This document shows positions 10,454-21,093 of a stretch of DNA of 64,000 bases, in pieces; the first letter of the stretch is position 1; each line of letters begins with the position of its first letter. Source of the stretch: Marispirochaeta sp. (lineage in GTDB: Bacteria > Spirochaetota > Spirochaetia > JC444 > Marispirochaetaceae). The notes under the pieces are model-generated. The model made no database searches. It had not been told where the DNA came from and saw nothing but the letters and a program-made list of their open reading frames with translations. The translations under genes were made by a program, and so were the position numbers. The stretch covers positions 1-64,000 of the forward strand of contig CAXXFF010000003.1 of the NCBI GenBank assembly GCA_963676835.2, in the 5' to 3' direction.

Positions 10454-11536
10454 CTATCCTTTGAGTAATTCATATAATTTTTTGTTAACGTAGATATTTT
10501 CTTTCCACGATTTAAACGATTCTAACACCCCTATTTCTTCAAGCTGCTTCAAATATTTACTTGCGGTCCTTCGTTCTGCCAGTCCTGCATTCACCAGAAA
10601 TTCAATCTTGGTATATGGCTGTACAAATAATAGATCAATCAATTCTTTAGAGTATGTGGTTCTTGGTAGTTTATCTTTACAAATTTCCGTAGTTTCATTT
10701 AATAGGTCAACGATGGATGAAACCATTTTATATGTGTCTATAGAAGTAGTTTCAACTGCTTTTAACATATACAGGATCCAGGATTCCCAGCCATTCTCAG
10801 TACGTACATTTTGCAGCAATTCGTAGTATTCATTTTTATTTCTAATGATATATTCACTCAAATACAGTATTGGATTATCTAGTAACCCCTGAAGTATCAA
10901 ATATAGGACATTTAGAATCCTACCAGTTCGCCCGTTACCATCATAAAAAGGATGAATGGATTCAAACTGATAATGTATTACAGCCATTTTTATCAGCGGA
11001 TCTATATCGTCTGAAGCATTGATATAATCTTCCAAATTCTTTAACAAATCAAAAATTATTTCTTTATTGTCTGGTGGAGTATAAATTGCTTCACCTGTAC
11101 TGTTGTTAACAAGCGTTGTCCCTGGCATAGTACGTATACCTGCACTATTCCCTTCCAGTTCACCTTGTATATCTACAATTATATTTGTGGAGATAAAACC
11201 ATGCTTCTTTAATAGGTTATAGCCTTTCCATATTGCGGATCTATAGTTAAGCACTTCTTTTGTTTCAACATCTATTTCATTAACACTATTTGCAAGTGCC
11301 TTATAGATTTCATCTTGCGTCGTTACTATATTTTCAATTTCAGAGCTGGTTTTTGCCTCTTTAAGAATAATAGCACTCAACAGAATTGAATCATTTGGGA
11401 GTAATGAGCAATATCCCTTCAATCTGGCCAATTCACGGTTTGATCTTATCGCTTGGTTTAAAATTTTTTTGGTCTCAATATCAGTTTGAGGTGGCAATTG
11501 TGGAAGATCATTATTCGAAGTGTTTTCAGCATTCAT
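10454..11536 (-). CDS. Fic/DOC family protein (SoFic-like)
   Basis: SSEIENI and HPFYDGNGRTGR motifs; C-terminal wHTH-like region. Confidence 0.92.
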   Translation of the reverse strand: MNAENTSNNDLPQLPPQTDIETKKILNQAIRSNRELARLKGYCSLLPNDSILLSAIILKEAKTSSEIENIVTTQDEIYKALANSVNEIDVETKEVLNYRSAIWKGYNLLKKHGFISTNIIVDIQGELEGNSAGIRTMPGTTLVNNSTGEAIYTPPDNKEIIFDLLKNLEDYINASDDIDPLIKMAVIHYQFESIHPFYDGNGRTGRILNVLYLILQGLLDNPILYLSEYIIRNKNEYYELLQNVRTENGWESWILYMLKAVETTSIDTYKMVSSIVDLLNETTEICKDKLPRTTYSKELIDLLFVQPYTKIEFLVNAGLAERRTASKYLKQLEEIGVLESFKSWKENIYVNKKLYELLKG

Positions 11537-11594
11537 TCATGTACATTATACCAGATTTTATGCACATTACAAGCCTTTCGTGTACAATACGTGT

Positions 11595-11765
11595 ACATAA
11601 CATCCAATTGAGCTGCGTGGCGTTAAGCTGGCGTGGTTTGTGCTGCAACAACTCACCCATTCTACTACAATATCAACTCGGAATCACATGAAACTTACAT
11701 TCATCGTGTTCCCTTACTGCACAAACCATGACAGTAGCCATGTCTGCTCCAATTGCTTGTTATAC
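11595..11765 (-). repeat. attC, subtype A2 (171 bp)
   Basis: Appears identical to 7804-7974. Confidence 0.93.
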
Positions 11766-11766
11766 T

Positions 11767-12861
11767 TCAATTTTGGTATAGCTCAAAATGTATCTTCTGT
11801 ATGTTTTCTATTGCATCAAATCTAAGCAAACCCGTATATGTTTCATTTTTTACTATATGGAGACAACCCATTTCACTGATCATTGTATAATTATCAAGAT
11901 TATAAATTTCAGTATAGTAATGGTCTTTTACCTGACCAGACACATTTTTCTGAACTGTATAAAGTATTTCATTATCAATCGTCTCAATAATATCATTATA
12001 TAATACAGTGTACTCCTGGAACCCAACAAGCTTAGTCGCTTTATTGTTTGTAATATCTAATTTATAAATTAAATCATTTTTATTTGTTAACGCATATAAT
12101 GCAAGATAATTGTTTTCTGGATTAAATGAACCATTATAGTGCAATACAACATCTTTAATCGCGTCCAGTTTGACAGCTGGTTCTTCACCATTCAAATCAA
12201 GGATATATAGTGATACAGAGCCATCAGAGATTCGTTCATCATATACAATATGATCATCATACATGTCTATAAAAATATATGGAACGCGAATTCTATCTTC
12301 AATAAAAGGTGTTTCACATATTATTTTGGTTGATTTATCATTCAGATTAAGTGCTTTAATTTTAGAAATACTTTCTTCAAAATCATGCTCGATCCAACAT
12401 ATCCAATTTACACCAACACTGACATGATTTGGGTAATAACCATTTTCACTCTTTGGTAATACTTCGTTGTATTTTTCTAAAACCTTTGTTGCGGTGTTAT
12501 AATAGTATATTGCTTCTTCTTTTTTACTGTTAACAGCAGTAAACACAATCACAGAGTGATTTGAGTCGTAATCACGGATTATAGTACTTTCTTCATCAAA
12601 AATGACCTTATCTACTTTGTCCGATTTAAAATTATACTCGATTAGCTTCGAATAATCCTGGGTGTAATTACTCGCTATAAAGAATACGGCATTATTTTCT
12701 TGATAGTATTTTGTATCAAGAATTATTCGTTTCGGTAAAATTTGGCTATCTGAACTAAAAGCTTTTGTCTCTACTGGATAAATACTTTTACTTATCATGT
12801 TTGTAGTTTGACAGGAAAATAAAAAAACAAGAGAAAGCAATGTTAAAAACAGTTTTTTCAC
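11767..12861 (-). CDS. Lipoprotein, duplicate cassette
   Basis: Protein identical to 7976-9070. Confidence 0.85.
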   Translation of the reverse strand: MKKLFLTLLSLVFLFSCQTTNMISKSIYPVETKAFSSDSQILPKRIILDTKYYQENNAVFFIASNYTQDYSKLIEYNFKSDKVDKVIFDEESTIIRDYDSNHSVIVFTAVNSKKEEAIYYYNTATKVLEKYNEVLPKSENGYYPNHVSVGVNWICWIEHDFEESISKIKALNLNDKSTKIICETPFIEDRIRVPYIFIDMYDDHIVYDERISDGSVSLYILDLNGEEPAVKLDAIKDVVLHYNGSFNPENNYLALYALTNKNDLIYKLDITNNKATKLVGFQEYTVLYNDIIETIDNEILYTVQKNVSGQVKDHYYTEIYNLDNYTMISEMGCLHIVKNETYTGLLRFDAIENIQKIHFELYQN

Positions 12862-12892
12862 GAATAAACCTCTTATTAAAAATTTTTTGTAT

Positions 12893-13062
12893 GTATAACA
12901 TCCAATTGAGCTGCATGGCGTGAAGCTGGCGTGGATTGTGCTGCAACTCTATCCCATTTTACTACGATATCAGTTCGGAATCACCTGAAACTTACATTCA
13001 CCAGTTTTCCTTACTGCACAAACCATGACAGTAGCCATGTCTGCTCCAATTGCTGGTTATAT
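12893..13062 (-). repeat. attC, subtype A2 (170 bp)
   Basis: GTATAAC...GTTATAT. Confidence 0.93.
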
Positions 13063-13079
13063 TGCCATTGGTTTTTGGT

Positions 13080-13820
13080 TTACACTTTAGGAAAAATTCT
13101 AGTTTCGTTATTCCCAAGCCCATTGTTCCTTAATATCTCTGATATATTTTTATTTATGATTTCAGATCCTTCACTTGATGGTTCAATTGGCGAGATTAGC
13201 GAGTAAAGACGGTCCTCTACGCAAATTTTCCTAAGATCTAATATGTTGAAACTGAAGTCGGATGCAACTGAAATAATAACATCATTAAAAATTGATAGTA
13301 TTGTTTTGAGAATTGGTGATAACACGGGTATTGAGTCATAAATTGTACAAACCATAACATTTGTAAATTTCATAGAAAGTTTTTTACATAAATCTGTGTA
13401 GTCGTAGCGAAAACTCTCTTGTATTTTATTGAGTGCATAAATTTGCGGAGACATTGCATCAACAATATTCATGAACATCATATTTGAAATACCAGCAGAT
13501 CTACCTTCAGAAAGTCTCTGTTTTTTGTTCACAATTTCGGATTTATACTCGTTATTCTCGGTTTCATACGCAGGCATAAAATTATTTAAAGCATGTATCG
13601 CATCATTTCCACCAGAAGAAACAATGACGTGCGTAATTTCTTTATCAAGTTTTTCTACTTGTTTTATTGTATCTAAAGTAATACTGCCATCAATAGCCAC
13701 TAACAAGGGCTCAAATTCGCCCTGAAAGGTTTTTTGTGCCCATTCTATATGACACATTTCGTTTCCAACATATGGTTTGTTATCAAAAACGGAATCGCCA
13801 ATAAAAGCTATTTTTTTCAT
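13080..13820 (-). CDS. SGNH/GDSL hydrolase family protein
   Basis: IGDSVFDN, SSGGNDA, SPIEPS..G blocks; ATG at 13820 after GAGG. Confidence 0.8.
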   Translation of the reverse strand: MKKIAFIGDSVFDNKPYVGNEMCHIEWAQKTFQGEFEPLLVAIDGSITLDTIKQVEKLDKEITHVIVSSGGNDAIHALNNFMPAYETENNEYKSEIVNKKQRLSEGRSAGISNMMFMNIVDAMSPQIYALNKIQESFRYDYTDLCKKLSMKFTNVMVCTIYDSIPVLSPILKTILSIFNDVIISVASDFSFNILDLRKICVEDRLYSLISPIEPSSEGSEIINKNISEILRNNGLGNNETRIFPKV

Positions 13821-13881
13821 TTCTACCTCAAGTAACACTACTATTTCTTTTACTATCTCATATTACTGCAATTTTTTGTCA

Positions 13882-14066
13882 ATATAACATCCAATTGAGC
13901 TGCAAAGCCGGGCCGCGAAGCGGTATTGGCATGTGTTTTTGCTGCCTAAATCACTTCATTATACCACCTATCTTTCACTCTCTTTCCAGAAACAGCATCC
14001 ACGACCATTATGCTAATGCAAATAACCATGACAATAGGTTTTGTCTGCTCCAATTGCTGGTTAAAC
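13882..14066 (-). repeat. attC, subtype A1 (185 bp)
   Basis: ATATAAC...GTTAAAC. Confidence 0.93.
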
Positions 14067-14392
14067 CGACATTGTGATGCCTTACATACAGCACTTAGAA
14101 AACGATGCCACTGGTTACATGACTTTCTTACTTCGGAGCGCACGACCATTCAAAAAGATGGCCCTTGCAGAACTATCATTTTGTTTATTCATCGGGTGCA
14201 TTACCAGATACTCGCCTGAAATCTCTATAAATTTACCCGGATCTTGCCCATAAACAATCAGAGGGCCCTATTCTTTCCCGATTAATTGAAAATCCAAGTA
14301 GATCCAACCATTTCGATTTTCTTGGCATGTGACCCACATTTCCATGCGTTTTCAGCGCAGGGCCTGATACATTTTCTCAATGGCGATTTAAC
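14060..14392. other. ORF-less cassette cargo, long imperfect palindrome (copy 1)
   Basis: No credible ORF; homologous to 24064-24395; ends complementary in blocks over ~90 nt. Confidence 0.75.
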
Positions 14393-14553
14393 ATCCAATT
14401 GAGCTGCATGGCGTTAAGCTGGCGTGGCTTGTGCTGCAACTACTTCTCCATTTTACTACGATATCAGTTCGGAATCACCAGGAATTTACATTCAACAGGT
14501 TTACTTAACTGCACAAACCATGACAGTGGAATTCCCCCGATTCTGTCGACACT

Positions 14554-15372
14554 TTACGGGGTTAAATACATAGCTTCGAATTGAGCCGGACTTCGACGGT
14601 CCAAATGGCTATGCCGCCTTTTAGGATTGTAAAATAACTCTATGTAATTGAAAATATCTTTGCGTGCTACCTCCCTGTTTTTGTAGATTTTTTTCTTTAC
14701 CCGTTCTTTTTTCAAGCTGGAGAAGAAGGATTCAACAACGGCATTATCCCAGCAATTGCCTCTTCGACTCATACTCGGATCCAAATTGTGGAACTCACAG
14801 AAGCTATCCCATTCATAGCTGGTGAACTGGGTACCTTGATCGGAGTGAATTAGAACTGTCTGTTTTGGCCGTCTTCGTTTGACTGCCATAAACAAAGCAT
14901 CCATGACCAAGGCTGTTTTCTGGTTACTCTTCATAGACCATCCAACTATTCGCCTGCTGAACAGATCTATGACAACTGCCAGGTACAGCCAGCCCTCACA
15001 GGTTCGAATATATGTTATGTCGATACACCAGACACGATTAGGATCGCTAACAGTGAACTCACGATTGAGCTGATTAAGACTGTGTACAGGTCCTTCTGGA
15101 GGAATGTAAGGATGCTTTTTGCGGCGGTGAGCACCCTGTATACCTGCTTCTTTCATAAGTCGCGCAATACGGTTAACACTGTAAGAATAGCCAGCCTCCT
15201 TGAAATCCTGATGAATATTGGGACTTCCGTAAGTGCCTCCACTTTCTTCCCAATAATGGCGGATCTCTTGGGTTATTACCCGGTTTTGGATGGCTCGTTT
15301 GGATTCTGGGTTCTTAATCCACCGATAGAAGCCTGATGGATGGACTTTCATGGCCCTGCACATCTGTCGCAC
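14554..15372 (-). CDS. IS3 OrfB DDE transposase
   Basis: Protein identical to 6532-7350. Confidence 0.95.
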   Translation of the reverse strand: MRQMCRAMKVHPSGFYRWIKNPESKRAIQNRVITQEIRHYWEESGGTYGSPNIHQDFKEAGYSYSVNRIARLMKEAGIQGAHRRKKHPYIPPEGPVHSLNQLNREFTVSDPNRVWCIDITYIRTCEGWLYLAVVIDLFSRRIVGWSMKSNQKTALVMDALFMAVKRRRPKQTVLIHSDQGTQFTSYEWDSFCEFHNLDPSMSRRGNCWDNAVVESFFSSLKKERVKKKIYKNREVARKDIFNYIELFYNPKRRHSHLDRRSPAQFEAMYLTP

Positions 15373-15410
15373 CGGGTAAGTGCTACGATGTTCTTTGATA
15401 AATGCGTACT

Positions 15411-15698
15411 TTACAGGGACTCCCCGGCAAAGTACGCTGCGGCCTTTTTTAGGATGTCACGCTCCATTTTGACCTGCTTAAGCTCTGCCTTAAGCGCCTT
15501 TATTTCCTGGTCAGCTTCAGTAATTTTCTTTTTGTCTTTTGACTCGCCTGATTTCCACCCGGCAACTTTGAGCCACTTGTATAAGGTGACGTCGCTAACA
15601 CCGGTTGCCTTGGCAACAGCCAAAACGCCAACGCCTTCTTCCATGATTTGCTTGATAGTTTCTGCCTTAAATTCTTCCGAATATGGACTCTTAGACAC
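15411..15698 (-). CDS. IS3 OrfA
   Basis: Protein identical to 7389-7676. Confidence 0.93.
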   Translation of the reverse strand: MSKSPYSEEFKAETIKQIMEEGVGVLAVAKATGVSDVTLYKWLKVAGWKSGESKDKKKITEADQEIKALKAELKQVKMERDILKKAAAYFAGESL

Positions 15699-16596
15699 CT
15701 GATTTCTCCTTAGATTCTAAGCATAACAGGTGTCGACAATTTTGGGGGAATTCCACAGTAGCCATGTCTGCTCCAATTGCTGGTTATATTTCTTTCAATC
15801 ACTCACCTTATTCTGGCTTTTTACATATTCTTCCAATGCTTCACGGGTTGTAACCCATTCCTTATTTAGCTTAATCGCCGAGAGTCTACCTTTTCGCGCA
15901 AGAAGAGATAAGTATTCCTGGGAGTAATCACAATACTGAGATGCTTCTTTCAGATTGATAAAGCCTTGTTTTTCATCGGTATTCGGCTGAATACTGTTCA
16001 GATATATTATAAGAGTTCTTTCAATGGATTTTCCTATGAAATCTTCAAACGATTCCTCATTTCCTGTATTCGCTTCATTCAATACTCGATAATACTTTTT
16101 TCTGTCTACTTTCAAGATTACTGCCGGTGGATAACCATTTGCCATTAGAATAAGGTTCATAAGAAGGCGTGCTACCCTTCCATTACCATCAATAAAGGGA
16201 TGTATGCATACAAATTTATAATGAAATTGAGCTGCAAGTACTGCAATTGGCATTGAATATCGGTTTTCATAATACCAGGCGATGAGCTCTTCCATTTTCG
16301 GTTTAACTTTTATCGCCTGAGGTGGTATCAATCGCGCACCTACTATTCTAACATTCGTTCTTCTGTAAGCTCCAGCTTCTAAATCATCTATTCCTTTGTG
16401 TGTACACCGGCCGAAAACGGACACCCATTCCGGAGGAAAGCGGACAGTGATTCCGGGCAAAAACGGACACCTGTTCCGGCCGAAAACGGACAGTTTTTCC
16501 GGAGCGCCGGAATTGCTTTAACCTGAAATAAGAAATCCTCGATTAACACGAGCACTCTCGTCACAATAGCAAAACTACTATTTGACGGAGTACAGA

Positions 16597-18144
16597 ATGT
16601 CGAGAGCGAGGATTCATGTGAAACACATGCGTAAACTGCTTGCGCTCACGTACGAGAGCAAGCTGGGACTTCGGGATGTATCCCAACTGACCGGAGTATC
16701 TAAAACCACAGTCAGCGAATATCTGGTGCGATTCCGCCGCACCGGGATCAGCTATGCAGCAAGCCAAAAGCTTACCGATGAGCAGCTGCTTGGCCTGTTC
16801 GAAGAGAAAAAGCAGGAAGAAAGTGAGCAGTATACACAACTAACGACACTGTTCCCCGAGTACGCCAAACGGCTGAAACAGCGGGGGATGACGAAGCAGT
16901 TCCTATGGAAGGAATACCGTAGAAAGTATCCAAACGGATATAGATACAGTCAGTTCTGTCACCACTTTACGGTGTTTCTGGACTCCGGTGAGGTGACGAT
17001 GCGTCAGCCCCACGAGCCTGGAGATATGGCATATCTCGACTATGCCGGAGAAACGTTCCCTTACTATCCTGATGGAGATGAGCAGCGGGCACAAATATTC
17101 GTTGCGGTACTCGGAGCAAGTCAGCTGGCCTATGTTGAAGCAAGTGAGAGCCAGAAACAAGAGGCCTTTGTCCGCTCCACAGAACGGGCTCTGAGGTACT
17201 TCGGCGGGGTTCCGCGAGCTCTCGTCCCGGATAACCTGAAGGCGGCCGTGCTCAGTGCGAGTAAATATGAGCCGGAGCTTAATCCGTTGTTCGATGATTT
17301 TGCCGATTACTACCGGACGACGATAATCCCCGCCAGGGCCTATAAACCGAAAGACAAATCCCTGGCGGAGAATGCCGTCAAGTTAACCTATCAGCGGATA
17401 TTCGCCCCGCTGTACGGCAAGAGGTTCCATTCGTTGGCTGAGCTCAACCAGGCCATCGCAGAACTTCTTGAAGAACACAATACCCGGAAACTGACAAAGC
17501 TGCAAATCTCACGGCGTCAGTTGTTTGAAGAGATCGAACGGTCTGCGCTGAAGACGCTGCCGGGCGAACCGTATCCAATGAAATACTTCGAAACTCACAA
17601 GGTTGCACCGGACTATCACTTTATCCTGTCAAAAGATAAGCACTACTACTCTGTTCCCTGGCAGCTGAAGGGAGAACAGGTCAAAGTGATCTTTGATGAG
17701 CGAATTATAGCGGTATATCACAAGAATGTACGCGTAGCCCAGCACCGCCGGAGCAGAAAGAAAGGACAATACTCCACACAGTCCGCACACATGCCCAGGC
17801 ACCATCAGTTTGTTGAATCATGGTCGGCGGAGAAGTTTACCACCTGGGCTCAGTCGATTGGAGAAGAGACGTTCCTGGTGATTTCACATCTATTAAACAG
17901 CAAGCCACATGAGCAGCAGGCGTACAAATCCTGCCTTGGTGTGCTGAACCTGGCAAAGGATGCCGGATCACACCGGCTGAACTGGGCCTGCCGACGTGCG
18001 TTGAACTACTCGAGAATCAGTTATCGGGATGTTCGTGCATATCTGGATGAAATCATGCGACAAGAAAAGGATGAACAGCAGAACAAACAGGTGTTTCTCT
18101 TCGCCGATCACAAGAACCTGCGGGATTCTGCAATCTACAAATGA
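16597..18144 (+). CDS. istA: IS21 transposase IstA
   Basis: N-terminal HTH, YLDYAG, VPDNLK, KDKSLAE (DDE), HYYSVP. Confidence 0.96.
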   Translation: MSRARIHVKHMRKLLALTYESKLGLRDVSQLTGVSKTTVSEYLVRFRRTGISYAASQKLTDEQLLGLFEEKKQEESEQYTQLTTLFPEYAKRLKQRGMTKQFLWKEYRRKYPNGYRYSQFCHHFTVFLDSGEVTMRQPHEPGDMAYLDYAGETFPYYPDGDEQRAQIFVAVLGASQLAYVEASESQKQEAFVRSTERALRYFGGVPRALVPDNLKAAVLSASKYEPELNPLFDDFADYYRTTIIPARAYKPKDKSLAENAVKLTYQRIFAPLYGKRFHSLAELNQAIAELLEEHNTRKLTKLQISRRQLFEEIERSALKTLPGEPYPMKYFETHKVAPDYHFILSKDKHYYSVPWQLKGEQVKVIFDERIIAVYHKNVRVAQHRRSRKKGQYSTQSAHMPRHHQFVESWSAEKFTTWAQSIGEETFLVISHLLNSKPHEQQAYKSCLGVLNLAKDAGSHRLNWACRRALNYSRISYRDVRAYLDEIMRQEKDEQQNKQVFLFADHKNLRDSAIYK

Positions 18145-18152
18145 GGTAACCG

Positions 18153-18893
18153 ATGAATAATAATCAGGCGACAATCAACAAGATGACCGAGATGCGTCTC
18201 CACGGAATGGTACAGGCCTTCCGTACACTGCAGGAGACCGGACGCCATATGGATCTTACAACCGATGAGGTTATCAGCTACCTTGTCGACTCAGAATGGG
18301 ATGAGAAACACAATCGCCGACTGGCGCGCCTTGCCAATGCGGCCCGTTTCCGCTATAAGGCAGCGATTGAAGATATCGACTATACCTTCGACCGGAATCT
18401 GGACAAAAACCAGATCTTAAGACTTGCAGCCTGCTCCTGGATATCCCGGGGGCAGGACCTGCTCATCACGGGTCCGACCGGAGGAGGAAAAAGTTTTCTT
18501 GGATCGGCTTTCGGACATCAGGCATGTCAGTATGGGTATACCGTCGCTTACTTTTCCACAACGCGTTTATTCAATGAAATAGCGGCGGCAAGGGATGATG
18601 GAACCTACCTGAAGCACTTGTCACGCATAATGAAAAACAAGCTGGTCATTATCGATGACTTCGGTCTGGAACCGCTGGAGCATACTGCACGGATGGCATT
18701 TCTTGAAATCCTTGAAGATCGACACCGGAGAAAATCTACGATAGTGATCGCCCAACAGCCGGTAGAAAACTGGCACAGCATTATCGGTGACCCCACGATT
18801 GCCGATGCCATAATGGACCGTCTTGCCTTTCATTCTCATAGAATTGTAATAACCGGGGACTCGGTAAGGAGGAAACTCTATGCTGTAGATTGA
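18153..18893 (+). CDS. istB: IS21 ATPase IstB
   Basis: Protein identical to 2480-3220. Confidence 0.96.
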   Translation: MNNNQATINKMTEMRLHGMVQAFRTLQETGRHMDLTTDEVISYLVDSEWDEKHNRRLARLANAARFRYKAAIEDIDYTFDRNLDKNQILRLAACSWISRGQDLLITGPTGGGKSFLGSAFGHQACQYGYTVAYFSTTRLFNEIAAARDDGTYLKHLSRIMKNKLVIIDDFGLEPLEHTARMAFLEILEDRHRRKSTIVIAQQPVENWHSIIGDPTIADAIMDRLAFHSHRIVITGDSVRRKLYAVD

Positions 18894-19385
18894 CGCAAAA
18901 CGGACACCTGATCATACTGAAGACGAGGATTTACTTCCTTCAGGCAGCTGTCCGTTTTCCGCCGGAATCACTGTCCGAAATCATCGGAATACACATTTGA
19001 GGATAATTCTATGACATTCACGGATTACACTTTCACTAAGGTCTTCTTTTTTCTGAATAAGCGTATTTAGGAATTCAATGCCTTCTTTATGGTTTATCGC
19101 CTCAAGGTGTTCATTAACTGATTTTCCACCTATTGTGATGCCTTGATTCAGGACGACTTCTGTTTCCTGCAGGCTGAGAGTATTACCTTCAATTGCGTTT
19201 GAGTTGTAGATCCATTCTAATACTAGTTGTTCATGCAATTTCCGCGAGATTGAAGCATTCAGCGGCCTATATTTATCAAGTTCTCGCTTTTTGCCTTCTA
19301 TGCTCGATAGAAGCTTTTTATCCATATCGGTTAATCCTTTTTACGTCACAACCGATATTTTACTATTAAACTTTCTGAAAAGTAA

Positions 19386-19556
19386 ATATAACATCCAATT
19401 GAGCTGCGTGGCGTTAAGCTGGCGTGGTTTGTGCTGCAACTCTTAACCATTCTACTACAATATCAGTTCGGATTCACCTGAAACTTGCATTCACCTGGTT
19501 TCCTTCCCTGCACAAACTATGACAGTAGCCATGTCTGCTCCAATTGCTTGTTATAT
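19386..19556 (-). repeat. attC, subtype A2 (171 bp)
   Basis: ATATAAC...GTTATAT. Confidence 0.93.
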
Positions 19557-19611
19557 ATTTGTTCACCTGATTATCAGGCGTTTTATGCTTTTAATATGCA
19601 ATCTGCGAATA

Positions 19612-20010
19612 TTAAATCCAATTTTCGATTTCTAATCCTTCGATCCTTTGGAATTCCTTTTCATTATTGGTTACTAAACATAATCCACGACTCAAAGCCT
19701 GTGAGCCTATCAATAAATCCATATTTCCTATGATTTCTCCCTTTGACTCTAAATCAGCTCTGATCTTAGCGTATGTATAAGCATCATTCTGAGTGTAATC
19801 CAGAATACGTAAAGGGAGCAGAAATTCCATTAATGCTATTCTGTTTTGATCTTGTTTTTTGCTTTTTTCGACCCCAAGTGCCAATTCAGCAACGGTCATA
19901 GTAGATAAAGCAATTTCTTCAATTCCAGCATCTCTAATACGTTTCATGATATTTCTATATTTGTTATTTAACACGTAGATACAGATATTGGTATCAAGTA
20001 GATATTTCAC
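19612..20010 (-). CDS. vapC: VapC PIN-domain toxin
   Basis: YLLDTNICI, DLLIGSQA, LVTNNEKEF. Confidence 0.95.
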   Translation of the reverse strand: MKYLLDTNICIYVLNNKYRNIMKRIRDAGIEEIALSTMTVAELALGVEKSKKQDQNRIALMEFLLPLRILDYTQNDAYTYAKIRADLESKGEIIGNMDLLIGSQALSRGLCLVTNNEKEFQRIEGLEIENWI

Positions 20011-20237
20011 TACAAAGTGTCTCTTTCCTGTGGGATTTCTTGGTCTCTTGTGAATACCATATCCTCAGAGAATTTATCTATCGATTCGTTAAATATCTTC
20101 CATACTTTGTCTTTGGGTATAAGCATTACCACGTCGTCAATTTTTTTGATAAAAACATCATCACCTGAGAATCTATATTCTTTTGGTAGTCTAACAGCCT
20201 GACTTCGACCGTTTTCAAAGATTTTTGCGGTATCCAT
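20010..20237 (-). CDS. vapB: VapB AbrB/MazE-type antitoxin
   Basis: [20 protein letters not shown]; 1-nt overlap with vapC. Confidence 0.95.
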   Translation of the reverse strand: MDTAKIFENGRSQAVRLPKEYRFSGDDVFIKKIDDVVMLIPKDKVWKIFNESIDKFSEDMVFTRDQEIPQERDTL

Positions 20238-20301
20238 ATCATAACCTCCTGGATTGTGATATATACTACAATATATACCGCGTTCAACTTTTTTTCAATA
20301 T

Positions 20302-20486
20302 ATATAACATCCAATTGAGCTGCAAAGCCGGGCCGCTTTAGCGGCATTGGCATGTGTTTTTGCTGCCTAGATAACACATTATACTACAGCTTTTTATCAC
20401 AAACACTTCTTATAACAATTCCTTTTCTTATGCTCGAAGCAAAAACCATGACAATAGGTTTTGTCTGCTCCAATTGCTTGTTATGT
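20302..20486 (-). repeat. attC, subtype A1 (185 bp)
   Basis: ATATAAC...GTTATGT. Confidence 0.93.
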
Positions 20487-20517
20487 TCCACCATTTCTAA
20501 CCAAGTTATATAACTTT

Positions 20518-21093
20518 CTATAAATATTTCAAAACAAGTTCAATCACAAAGTTACTATAATCGAAAGGAGTTTTGGTACTATCATTTAGTTCTGAAATCT
20601 GCTTTTCTTTTATCAATTTTTCATAGAGATTCTTTGCGTAGCCTCCAGTAATTGCCAGTGGAATCAGGTTTGCTTGCCTTTTCATCGCGATTTCCGCTTC
20701 ATTCTGGGTACCAGGTCCACCCTCCACTACGATATATACATCAGATAAATTTGCCAACACTTCACGTCTTTCTAACATGTCCTGCCCTGCATTTAATGTT
20801 TTGCCATAATCTTTATGGTTAAAACCATGGGGCAAAATATGGTAAATTTTAGCAGTATCACCAGTTTTTTCTTTTTGATACCGAAAAGATCGACTAATTG
20901 CTGGTGCTGTACCTGGCATTCCGCCTGTCAATAAAGCAATATCGCCAATTTCTGCTAATTTTCTTCCTATTTCTGTACAGATCTCTAATGTATTCTCGCC
21001 ATGGATATGGCTACTACCGAGTATTCCTATGCGCTTAATATCACCTATTTCAGAATTAATATGTATGATTTCATTTTCCAGCTTTTTATTCAT
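20518..21093 (-). CDS. SLOG/LOG-superfamily nucleotide-binding protein
   Basis: IGILGS, LLTGGMPG, ERREVL..SD..IVVEGGPGTQNE, IPLAITGGYA. Confidence 0.75.
   Translation of the reverse strand: MNKKLENEIIHINSEIGDIKRIGILGSSHIHGENTLEICTEIGRKLAEIGDIALLTGGMPGTAPAISRSFRYQKEKTGDTAKIYHILPHGFNHKDYGKTLNAGQDMLERREVLANLSDVYIVVEGGPGTQNEAEIAMKRQANLIPLAITGGYAKNLYEKLIKEKQISELNDSTKTPFDYSNFVIELVLKYL

Larger units (their letters stand above)
14527..15755 (-). mobile_element. IS3-family element, copy 2 (1229 bp)
   Basis: Same ends and proteins as copy 1; target duplication CAG. Confidence 0.97.
14386..15789 (-). repeat. attC, subtype A2, interrupted by IS3
   Basis: ATTTAAC...CCATGACAG [IS3] CAGTAGCC...GTTATAT. 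Confidence 0.9.
16399..18995 (+). mobile_element. IS21-family element, copy 2 (2597 bp), intact
   Basis: TGTGTA...TACACA ends; 4-bp target duplication TTTG. Confidence 0.97.
15795..19325 (-). pseudogene. Fic-HTH gene (paralogue of 9278-10207) split by IS21
   Basis: N-part 18996-19325 and C-part 15795-16398 rejoin as ...RIILKGIDDL... Confidence 0.93.

Noticed and set aside
15795..19325. ORFs 15795-16460 and 18981-19325 as separate genes
   Set aside because: They are the halves of one Fic gene reading into the IS21 ends.
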